Source of the DNA: Thermodesulfovibrionia bacterium
Lineage (GTDB): Bacteria > Nitrospirota > Thermodesulfovibrionia > JACRGW01
Assembly (NCBI GenBank): GCA_919902655.1
Contig: CAKKRL010000162.1
Span: forward strand, 251 to 64,250
Direction of reading: 5' to 3'
Length of the DNA stretch: 64,000 nt
This document shows, one piece after another, positions 29,412 to 36,276 of this stretch. Within the stretch, counting starts at the first letter, position 1. Each line of letters opens with the position of its first letter. The notes below the pieces were generated by a model. That model saw nothing but the letters and a program-made list of their open reading frames with translations. It ran no database searches and was not told the DNA's origin. A program made the translations under genes and the position numbers.

Positions 29412-31343
29412 TTACTGGAGGGTGAAAGTTACAACTATAGAATTCTTTGACCTCTTTGATTCGTATGTAACATTCTCTGGAAGGATTTCGAACATTATGC
29501 TGATGGTACTTCCTTCTTCTTCTATAATCACGTCACCTACAAATGATGATTTTAGCCTCTGGATCTTCTCCATCTTTCTCACAGCAGGTGTTACCTTGAG
29601 ATTGAGCCACTTTTTCCCTTCCTTTGTGACAAGGGAAGACTTATGGTCGACAGGGCCGTTAGAGGTGACCATGAGGATCGCCCTTTTCTTGCTCTCGATA
29701 ATCCCTATATCACTTACCTCGTAAGGCCCATGAACTGCCTCCTTCTTAGCTATCTCCTTCTTGGGTTCTGCCTTTTTAGCCTCTGCCGTCTCAATCTTTT
29801 TTGCTACTTTTGTTTCAGGCTTTTTTGATTCCTTGGGCTCAGGTTTTTTTTCAACATCCTTCTTGACCTCAGTTTTAGGTTTTACTTCAGGCTTTGGTTT
29901 TTTCTTTACCTCTGGCTGTGCTGGTTTTGGCTTCTCCTCTACCTTTTTGGCAGGTGCAGGTTCAACCTTTTTCTCTGCCGGTGGTTTGGCCGCTTCAACC
30001 TTTTTTTCTTTCTTAACTTCTTCCCTCGCCCCTTCTGTTTTTGGTCCCATCTTTGCATTTATGGAAAATGACTCTGCCTTGTCATATGTGGCATTTACGA
30101 CTGCTATCCCGTTTGCGAATTCAGATGGAGATACTGTTGACGGTGTAAAAGTCCCTGTACCGGTTATACTGATATAAACTTCTCCTCCAATTAGGTTGTA
30201 ATCACGGACAACGTTTTTAAATCTGTCATACGCCTCTATCCTCAGTTTGAAACCCTGGCCTGCTGAGGCTGTTTCAGGGGTAACGACGATAAAGTGGTCA
30301 GGGGTAGCTGGCCTGATCCTGACAGTTCCGCTTTTTCCGCTTTCCTTCTTATTGCTCTCTGTCGCAACTACCTCTATATTTTCAGCAACTTCGTAGGTGA
30401 CTTTTACTACAGCATTCCCCCCCTTGAATTCTGAAGGAGAGATACGGTCGGGGTAGACTTTTCCCTTCCCTGTGGATGTGAGTTGTACCCCATCACCAGT
30501 TGTATTGTAATTGGTAACAGGATTCCCTATTTTATCATGGGCCGTTATTATAATTTCAAAGGGGTTCCCTGCTATACCGTCCTTTGGGGCCTGTACATTT
30601 AACGCACTCATGGCTCCGGGCAAGATATTTATCGATGAACTCTTCCCCCTGATTCCTGAATATGGGTCATAAACATCTATAATTACCTCTCCTGCTTTCC
30701 CTGAAAGAAACCTTGCTGTTGCAACACCTGATTTGAAATTCAGGGCCCCGCTATCGAGGTATTTGAGTCCACCTGTTCCAGTCGTATTAATCCTGAAGTC
30801 CTTCCCTATCCCTGCATCATCCTTGATCATATTTTCGAAGGAGTCTCTTGCAACTATCCTCACATCAAATGTATCTCCTGCCTTTACCTGGTTAGGTGTC
30901 TGGAGCACAAAATTATCGAGCCTGTTAGGTTTTATTATTATTTCTTTTGAAAGTATCGGAACATTCCCGCCTGTCTCTAAAACAGAAAAGGTTATAGTCT
31001 CGGCCTTCTTATCTCTGATATTTATGGCGGCGCTTCCTCCAAGGAAATTTGACGGACTCAGGACCTTTGGTTCTGCCTTGGCACTGCCTGAAACCCTTAT
31101 CTCAAACTCCCTGCCTGTTTCGTTAAAATCGGTTATAAGGTTATTATACATATCATAGGACTGCAGTCTTACAACAATATTTTCCCCGGCAATCGGGGCA
31201 GGAGGAATTTGTACGGTAAAATGACTGAACTTTCCTGGTTTTACTGTTATGGTTGCAGCCTTAAGGTCATGGTAGCCTGATAAGAATAAGCAGAATAATG
31301 ACAAGATTAATAAAAAGAGAAACCTTTTATGGGTATTTACCAT
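29412..31343 (-). CDS. Secreted/surface protein with four tandem ~90-aa beta-sandwich (Ig-like) repeats, a Lys/Pro/Glu-rich linker and a C-terminal AMIN-like domain
   Basis: Signal peptide. Four internally similar repeats (…SPSNF.GG.A…, …AG..F.V.I.A.D.F.N…). About 100 aa of low-complexity KPEVKK linker. The C-terminal domain resembles the AMIN domain of the amidase at 47242. Confidence 0.5.
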   Translation of the reverse strand: MVNTHKRFLFLLILSLFCLFLSGYHDLKAATITVKPGKFSHFTVQIPPAPIAGENIVVRLQSYDMYNNLITDFNETGREFEIRVSGSAKAEPKVLSPSNFLGGSAAINIRDKKAETITFSVLETGGNVPILSKEIIIKPNRLDNFVLQTPNQVKAGDTFDVRIVARDSFENMIKDDAGIGKDFRINTTGTGGLKYLDSGALNFKSGVATARFLSGKAGEVIIDVYDPYSGIRGKSSSINILPGAMSALNVQAPKDGIAGNPFEIIITAHDKIGNPVTNYNTTGDGVQLTSTGKGKVYPDRISPSEFKGGNAVVKVTYEVAENIEVVATESNKKESGKSGTVRIRPATPDHFIVVTPETASAGQGFKLRIEAYDRFKNVVRDYNLIGGEVYISITGTGTFTPSTVSPSEFANGIAVVNATYDKAESFSINAKMGPKTEGAREEVKKEKKVEAAKPPAEKKVEPAPAKKVEEKPKPAQPEVKKKPKPEVKPKTEVKKDVEKKPEPKESKKPETKVAKKIETAEAKKAEPKKEIAKKEAVHGPYEVSDIGIIESKKRAILMVTSNGPVDHKSSLVTKEGKKWLNLKVTPAVRKMEKIQRLKSSFVGDVIIEEEGSTISIMFEILPENVTYESKRSKNSIVVTFTLQ

Positions 31344-31421
31344 ACACCCTCCTTTAAATAGTTTAACACGACAGCTTTTTCCCTGTTATTCCTACCACTT
31401 TTCTTTTAGAGTGTCAAGAAA

Positions 31422-31449
31422 AATCTCTTTATTGAAAACCCAATATAGC
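31422..31449 (+). promoter_or_regulatory. Candidate sigma70-type promoter (TTATTG-N16-TATAAT) for the ABC/PqqD/rSAM operon
   Basis: Read directly, 17 nt upstream of the ATG at 31466. Confidence 0.35.
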
Positions 31450-31465
31450 TTATAATCAATTATTA

Positions 31466-32197
31466 ATGAACACTAATAGTGCAATTAAGACCTTAAACCT
31501 CACTAAGTTTTTTACCTCTAAGGGTAACCCAATACTTGCCGTAGACGAAGTAACCATGGACATTTCTCAGGGAGAAATATTTGGTCTTATGGGGCCAAAC
31601 GGCGCAGGGAAGACAACCCTTTTAAAAATACTTACAACCCTTTTATTGCCGAGTTCAGGGGAGGCCTATGTTTCGGGTTACAGTATAAGGGAAGAGGATA
31701 AGGTCAAGGGTTCGATCGGTGTTATATCCTCAGAGGAAAGGAGCTTTTACTGGAGGCTTACAGGGAGAGAGAATCTCAGATTCTTTGCAACACTTCACAA
31801 CCTGAAGCCGTCAGAGATAAAAAGGAGAATCGAAAGCATAACCGGGACACTCGGATTGAAAGACTTTCTAGACAGAAGGTTTGATAGCTATTCCACAGGA
31901 ATGAAACAGAAACTCTTAATTGCAAGGAGTCTTATAGGTAACCCCATGGTTCTCTTTATTGACGAACTCACGAGGGGACTTGACCCTGTCGCAGCGTCAC
32001 AGATAAGAGAGAGCCTTAAAACCCTTTCTTCTAACGGCATAACGATCTTCCTTATTACCCATAGCATTGAAGAGGCGATAGAGGTCTGTGAAAGAGTTGC
32101 AATAATGTACCAGGGGAGTATAAAGGCCACTATAAGACCTGGGGAGGTAGAATTAAAAGATTTTATGATAGAGACTATTGGAGGCAGGATTGATTAA
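31466..32197 (+). CDS. ABC transporter ATP-binding protein (ABC-2 exporter type)
   Basis: Walker A GPNGAGKTT, the ABC signature and Walker B. Confidence 0.85.
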   Translation: MNTNSAIKTLNLTKFFTSKGNPILAVDEVTMDISQGEIFGLMGPNGAGKTTLLKILTTLLLPSSGEAYVSGYSIREEDKVKGSIGVISSEERSFYWRLTGRENLRFFATLHNLKPSEIKRRIESITGTLGLKDFLDRRFDSYSTGMKQKLLIARSLIGNPMVLFIDELTRGLDPVAASQIRESLKTLSSNGITIFLITHSIEEAIEVCERVAIMYQGSIKATIRPGEVELKDFMIETIGGRID

Positions 32198-33005
32198 TCA
32201 GATCTATAAAGTCATAGCCTTTCTCCGCAGGGATTTTAAGACAGAACTGAGTTACCGTTTTTCCTTCCTTTTAAACCTTGCAGGTATCTCCTTTTCTGTA
32301 ATAATGTTCTATTATATATCCAAACTATTCGGTAAGGCCGCATCCCCTTATCTGGAGGATTATGGAGGCGATTATTTCTCTTTTGTGATCATAGGTATAG
32401 CCTTTTCAGGCTATCTTTCTGTATCCCTCCACTCCTTCTCAGGGGCAATCAGGGAAGGGCAGATGCTCGGCACACTCGAGGCAATGATGGTAACACCAAC
32501 AGGGATACCTGCTATAATACTCTTTTCGGGCCTCTGGAGTTTTATATCAACAACTGTTGAGGTCATAATTTATTTATTGGCAGGTGTAATTATCTTTGGA
32601 CTTGACCTCGGAAAGGCAAATATCCTTTCTGCCATAACAGTAATGATCCTTACTATACTCTCCTTTTCTCCTCTCGGCGTTATATCTGCAAGCTTCATAA
32701 TGGCCTTCAAGAGGGGTGACCCGATAGCATTTTTATTCGGGTCAGCCTCTTCCCTTCTTGGAGGAGTCTATTATCCTATAACGATTCTTCCATCGTGGCT
32801 GCAGGACATCTCCCATCTTCTCCCCATCACATATTCACTAAGGGCAATGCGGTATTCCCTCATTAAAGGGTCTACACTATCAGAGATTTCATCTGACCTT
32901 TTTGCACTTGGTTTTTTTTCGGCATTTATGATACCTCTCAGCCTTATGGCATTTAGTTATGCTGTAAGGAAGGCAAAAGAAAAAGGTAGCCTGGGACAGT
33001 ATTAG
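32178..33005 (+). CDS. ABC-2 family transporter permease
   Basis: About six TM helices. Overlaps the ATPase gene by 20 nt. Confidence 0.75.
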   Translation: MEAGLINQIYKVIAFLRRDFKTELSYRFSFLLNLAGISFSVIMFYYISKLFGKAASPYLEDYGGDYFSFVIIGIAFSGYLSVSLHSFSGAIREGQMLGTLEAMMVTPTGIPAIILFSGLWSFISTTVEVIIYLLAGVIIFGLDLGKANILSAITVMILTILSFSPLGVISASFIMAFKRGDPIAFLFGSASSLLGGVYYPITILPSWLQDISHLLPITYSLRAMRYSLIKGSTLSEISSDLFALGFFSAFMIPLSLMAFSYAVRKAKEKGSLGQY

Positions 33006-33034
33006 AAAAATAATTTGTCTTGACACAACTTTTG

Positions 33035-33043
33035 TGGTATAAT
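33035..33043 (+). promoter_or_regulatory. Extended -10 promoter element (TGgTATAAT) immediately upstream of the PqqD gene
   Basis: tggtataat read directly. No properly spaced -35 (TTGACA is only 12 nt upstream). Confidence 0.35.
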
Positions 33044-33048
33044 TAATC

Positions 33049-33324
33049 ATGATTTACGAAAAAGACGAATCCATGGTCTTCAGGAAGATAGAGGATGAAA
33101 CAATCCTCGTCCCGATCAGAAACAAGGCAGGAGACCTCCAGAACATATTTGTCCTTAATGAGGTAGGGGCAAGGATCTGGGAGCTTATTGATGGTGAAAG
33201 TGATATAAATAAAATAAGCAGTACCATTTGTGCGGAATATGATATAACTTCTGAAGAAGCTGAAAGGGATTTAATGGATTTCATCGAAGACCTTAAGTCA
33301 ATAGAGGCATTGAAGGAAAAATAA
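33049..33324 (+). CDS. PqqD-family peptide-binding protein (stand-alone RiPP recognition element)
   Basis: About 85-90 aa: …VFRKIEDETILVPI…LNEVGARIWELIDG…S..I…E…DLMDFIEDL, the PqqD-like pattern. Start may be the ATG at 33073. Three nt upstream of the rSAM gene. Confidence 0.75.
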   Translation: MIYEKDESMVFRKIEDETILVPIRNKAGDLQNIFVLNEVGARIWELIDGESDINKISSTICAEYDITSEEAERDLMDFIEDLKSIEALKEK

Positions 33325-33326
33325 CT

Positions 33327-34412
33327 ATGGAATGTCAGAGAATCCATGAGATAAACTACAATGACTGGAGTAACGTCTTCCACAACAGGAATCTCGACAA
33401 AAGGGTGCCTATCTCAGGAAGCCTTGAACTCACCTTCAGATGCAACAATAACTGCATACACTGCTACTGTAACATACCTGCAAATGACAGAAATGAAATG
33501 TCTAAAGAGATGTCTACCTCTATGGCCACCAGAATCCTTAGTGAGATTGCAGATGAAGGGTGTCTCTGGCTCCTGCTTACAGGAGGCGAACCTCTTCTAA
33601 GGCCTGACTTTAAGGAGATATATCTCTATGCAAAGAAAAAAGGTATGCTCATAATATTATTTACAAACGGTACGCTTATTAATGAAGAAATAGCAGATCT
33701 CCTTTCAGAATGGATGCCCTACTCTGTAGAGATAACCCTTTATGGTGCCACAGAGAATACCTATGAGGATGTTACAAGGGTTCACGGCTCATACAGACAG
33801 TGTATGAAGGGTATTGAACTGCTTCTTGAGAGAAAAATCCCCCTCGAATTAAAGACGATGGCAATAAGGCAGAATGTCCATGAACTCCCTGTCATGAAGA
33901 AATATGCAGAAGACCTTGGCCTTAAATTCAGGTTCGACCCTATAATAAATGCCCGTTTAGATATGTGCAAGAACCCTCAATCAACAAGAATTGATATAGA
34001 GGATGTGATAAGGCTTGATCTCGAGGATGAAAAGAGATTAAAAGAATGGAAGGAATTCTGTGAAAAGTATATAGGTTCTCCTGATTCAGACAGGCTCTAT
34101 ACCTGCGGGGCTGGAATAAATACATTTCATATAGACCCATACGGTAACCTCAATATATGTATCATGGCAAGGAAGGATAGATATGATCTTAAGACAGGAA
34201 ACTTCAGAGATGGTTGGAATGATTTTTTAATTAAGCTAAGGGAAATGTCTATGAGCCCTTATAATAGATGTATGGGATGCGATCTCATGTCTCTCTGCGG
34301 TCAGTGCCCTGGATGGGCGCAAATGGAGCACGGGGATGATGAGACCCCTGTTGACTATTTATGTGATATTGCACACAAGAGGGCAGAGGCATTCGGGGTG
34401 AAAGGGCATTAG
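33327..34412 (+). CDS. Radical SAM/SPASM-domain peptide-modifying enzyme
   Basis: CNNNCIHC (CxxxCxxC). C-terminal SPASM cysteines (CGAGINTFHIDPYGNLNIC…CMGCDLMSLCGQCPG). Confidence 0.85.
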   Translation: MECQRIHEINYNDWSNVFHNRNLDKRVPISGSLELTFRCNNNCIHCYCNIPANDRNEMSKEMSTSMATRILSEIADEGCLWLLLTGGEPLLRPDFKEIYLYAKKKGMLIILFTNGTLINEEIADLLSEWMPYSVEITLYGATENTYEDVTRVHGSYRQCMKGIELLLERKIPLELKTMAIRQNVHELPVMKKYAEDLGLKFRFDPIINARLDMCKNPQSTRIDIEDVIRLDLEDEKRLKEWKEFCEKYIGSPDSDRLYTCGAGINTFHIDPYGNLNICIMARKDRYDLKTGNFRDGWNDFLIKLREMSMSPYNRCMGCDLMSLCGQCPGWAQMEHGDDETPVDYLCDIAHKRAEAFGVKGH

Positions 34413-34493
34413 GGGGATAAAAGCGATTGAGAATATAAAGGGGAAAGGGAGAAAGAGCAACTATAGACTACGGACTTAAAAACAGGAGGACAA

Positions 34494-34748
34494 ATGGATA
34501 AACTTTTAAAGTTAGATAAAACAGGCGATTCAATACTTCTTAAAGAGATAAAAAAATCATTAGGCTTGAAACTTGATGATGAACTTTTCTTGTTCAGCGG
34601 AAAGGATTATCTGGTAATTAAAAAGGTTCAGAGACCTTCCCTTTCTGAGCGTTTTAAGAGCCTTTCTGAGAAGACAGAGAAACGATTTAAAAAAGAGGGG
34701 TTAAAAGAGGATGTGGTAGTTGAGGCTATTAAATGGGCACGAAGATAG
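34494..34748 (+). CDS. AbrB/MazE/SpoVT-type swapped-hairpin antitoxin-like protein
   Basis: LKLDKTGDSILLKEIKKSLGLKLDDELFLF…YLVIKK resembles an AbrB-type DNA-binding fold. Overlaps the truncated PIN ORF by 16 nt. Confidence 0.5.
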   Translation: MDKLLKLDKTGDSILLKEIKKSLGLKLDDELFLFSGKDYLVIKKVQRPSLSERFKSLSEKTEKRFKKEGLKEDVVVEAIKWARR

Positions 34749-34807
34749 TGCTCGATACCAATGTATTTGTTTCAGCAATCGGTTTGAGGCAAGGCCTCAA
34801 AGAGTAG
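34733..34807 (+). pseudogene. Truncated PIN-domain (VapC) toxin remnant, 24 codons then a stop
   Basis: MGTKIVLDTNVFVSAIGLRQGLKE* is a typical VapC N-terminus (…VLDTNV…) ended prematurely by TAG. Confidence 0.55.
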
Positions 34808-34810
34808 CGA

Positions 34811-34845
34811 GCCTGTTTCCAGAAGCTGTTCGGGAAACAGCCTTA
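34811..34845 (+). terminator. Stem-loop (cctgtttcc…ggaaacagc) just upstream of the peptide promoter; possible terminator or insulator
   Basis: 8-9 bp stem with a 12-nt loop, read directly. No U-tract. Confidence 0.3.
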
Positions 34846-34851
34846 CGATTC

Positions 34852-34880
34852 TTGACAGGAATGAAGATGGATAGTAAAAT
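34852..34880 (+). promoter_or_regulatory. Near-consensus sigma70 promoter TTGACA-N17-TAAAAT dedicated to the small peptide gene
   Basis: TTGACA at 34852-34857, a 17-nt spacer, TAAAAT at 34875-34880, then AAGGAGG and an ATG 9 nt later. Confidence 0.6.
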
Positions 34881-34903
34881 CAAAACAAAGGAGGATTAGC
34901 ACT

Positions 34904-35071
34904 ATGACAAAAAAGGCATATGAAAAACCCAAGGTAAGTAAGGTACCTTTAAAGACATCAGAGGCAGTTCTGACTGCATGTAAAGGTCCAGGTTCAAGGG
35001 GCCCCGGTTCTCTCGTAGGAAATTGTAGAGGCACCGCAGGCCGTGACTGTTCCTCTTGGAGTAGGACATAA
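34904..35071 (+). CDS. 55-aa Cys/Gly/Ser-rich small peptide, a candidate RiPP precursor; not in the ORF track
   Basis: MTKKAYEKPKVSKVPLKTSEAVLTACKGPGSRGPGSLVGNCRGTAGRDCSSWSRT. SD AGGAGG 9 nt upstream and its own promoter. The listed antisense ORF 34843..35034 is probably spurious. Confidence 0.6.
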   Translation: MTKKAYEKPKVSKVPLKTSEAVLTACKGPGSRGPGSLVGNCRGTAGRDCSSWSRT

Positions 35072-35089
35072 ACCTATATCACCGTATCC

Positions 35090-36166
35090 TTGTTACTACT
35101 CAGAATCGCAGATATAAACCTTCTCTTTAAGTCTGATCTCAAAGGGCTAAAGATCGGCTATCCTCAAAAGAATTTTATTCATTCCACATTCCCTCAATCC
35201 TCTCCCCAAAAGGGAGTGGAGGCAAAAAAGAAAGTCCCCTCTCCCCAACGGGGAGAGGGTCAGGGTGAGGGGGAAATTATTGACTGCACCATATCTATAG
35301 AACACCACCCTCTACCCTTTAATATTAAAGATAAAGAGATCTTCAGCCATGCAGGACCCTGGAAACTTTTCAGGAACAGAAAAGGTTATAAGATTGCCTT
35401 CTTTTTCCCCGCTTTAAAGCCTGATTATTACATGCTTGCAGAATTTAAAAGGGATTTCTCAAGGGTAAGACTATATATAAAAGACGCGGATCTTCGCTAC
35501 GCTCAGAATGACAAGCGAAGGGCTCAGAATGACAACAAGAAGACCTTTATTATTTCCCATCCCCTTGACCAGCTTTTAGTCATCAACCTCCTCTCCCGTG
35601 GCAGAGGAGTAATGATACACTCCTGTTGTGTCAATGATAACGGAAGGGGTTTCCTTTATGCCGGGACATCTCGCTCTGGCAAGAGTACGACTGCGAAACT
35701 CTGGTTAAAGCAGACAAAACCCTCCGAATCCCCCCACACCCCACTTTGGAAAAGGGATAATCCCCCTTCCTCCCCCTTTATTAAAGGGGGAATAGAGGGG
35801 GATTTTAAAGATATGACAGGAGTGAAGGTTTTAAGCGATGACAGGATTATAATCAGAGAGTTTGATGATAAGATCTATGCCTATGGCACACCCTGGCATG
35901 GGGAGGTAAATGTCTGTGATCCTGGAAGGGTGGAGATAGAAAGGATATTCTTCCTTCAACACTCGACGAAAAACTATGTGAAGTCACTTCCTCCTGTGGA
36001 TGCAGCAACGAGGATGTTTGTCAGATGCTTCCCCACCTTCTGGGATAAGGAAGGTATGGCATTTACACTGAAATTCATAGATGAGGTGGTCAGGAAAGTC
36101 CCCTGCTATGAATTCGGATTCGTGCCGGATAAAAGTGCGGTCAATTTCGTTAGAGGGCTTCGCTGA
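35090..36166 (+). CDS. HPr kinase/phosphorylase-like P-loop kinase (HprK-related). Its N-terminal region carries three in-frame repeat-element insertions. The start is uncertain: the track lists TTG at 35090, and the first ATG is at about 35432.
   Basis: P-loop LYAGTSRSGKST (HprK Walker A pattern G-x-S-G-x-GKS) plus downstream DDRII…GTPWHGE. Repeat families A, C and B lie in frame. Confidence 0.5.
   Translation: MLLLRIADINLLFKSDLKGLKIGYPQKNFIHSTFPQSSPQKGVEAKKKVPSPQRGEGQGEGEIIDCTISIEHHPLPFNIKDKEIFSHAGPWKLFRNRKGYKIAFFFPALKPDYYMLAEFKRDFSRVRLYIKDADLRYAQNDKRRAQNDNKKTFIISHPLDQLLVINLLSRGRGVMIHSCCVNDNGRGFLYAGTSRSGKSTTAKLWLKQTKPSESPHTPLWKRDNPPSSPFIKGGIEGDFKDMTGVKVLSDDRIIIREFDDKIYAYGTPWHGEVNVCDPGRVEIERIFFLQHSTKNYVKSLPPVDAATRMFVRCFPTFWDKEGMAFTLKFIDEVVRKVPCYEFGFVPDKSAVNFVRGLR
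35190..35281. repeat. Palindromic repeat family A, copy 1 (tccctcaatcctctcccc … cccctctcccc aac ggggagaggg … gggtgaggggg), in frame in the HprK-like ORF
   Basis: Shares the core CCTCAATCCTCTCCCC…GGGGAGAGG with copies at 36449-36500 and 50519-50562. Confidence 0.6.
35501..35540. repeat. Repeat family C, copy 1: tandem gctcagaatgacaa(gcgaag)ggctcagaatgacaa, in frame in the HprK-like ORF (encoding AQNDKRRAQNDNK)
   Basis: A near-identical arrangement at 52165-52205 (ggactcggaatgacaagcaaaggactcagaatgacaa) is intergenic. Confidence 0.55.
35726..35808. repeat. Repeat family B, copy 2, in frame in the HprK-like ORF (encoding …SPHTPLWKRDNPPSSPFIKGGIEGDFK)
   Basis: aatccccccacacccc…atcccccttcctccccctttattaaagggggaatagagggggatttt aligns with the reverse complement of 7861-7935. 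Confidence 0.55.
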
Positions 36167-36188
36167 ATAAGTGAGGACAGGCGAGACG

Positions 36189-36261
36189 CCTGTCCTACCA
36201 ATACGGATGACGAAACAAGGAAAAAGTAGGTCAGGCGTCTCGCCTGACAAAGTGGAATCGC
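36189..36261 (+). terminator. Pair of near-identical inverted hairpins (ggacaggcgagacgcctgtcc … gtcaggcgtctcgcctgac); terminator/attenuator-like
   Basis: Stems of 9 bp and 8 bp with 3-nt loops, about 40 nt apart. They are reverse complements of one another. Confidence 0.4.
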
Positions 36262-36276
36262 TCAATTTAGGTTAAT

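Noticed and set aside
29761-31158. Plus-strand ORFs (138-141 aa) inside the surface-repeat protein gene
   Set aside because: Antisense of the K/P/E-rich linker and repeat region; translation is low complexity.
34843-35034. 63-aa minus-strand ORF overlapping the small peptide gene
   Set aside because: No promoter or SD on that strand. The plus-strand 55-aa gene has a consensus promoter plus AGGAGG, so the minus-strand ORF is taken as spurious.
35984-36265. 93-aa minus-strand ORF across the HprK-like 3' end and the hairpin region
   Set aside because: Antisense to the kinase-like gene and spans the paired terminator-like hairpins.
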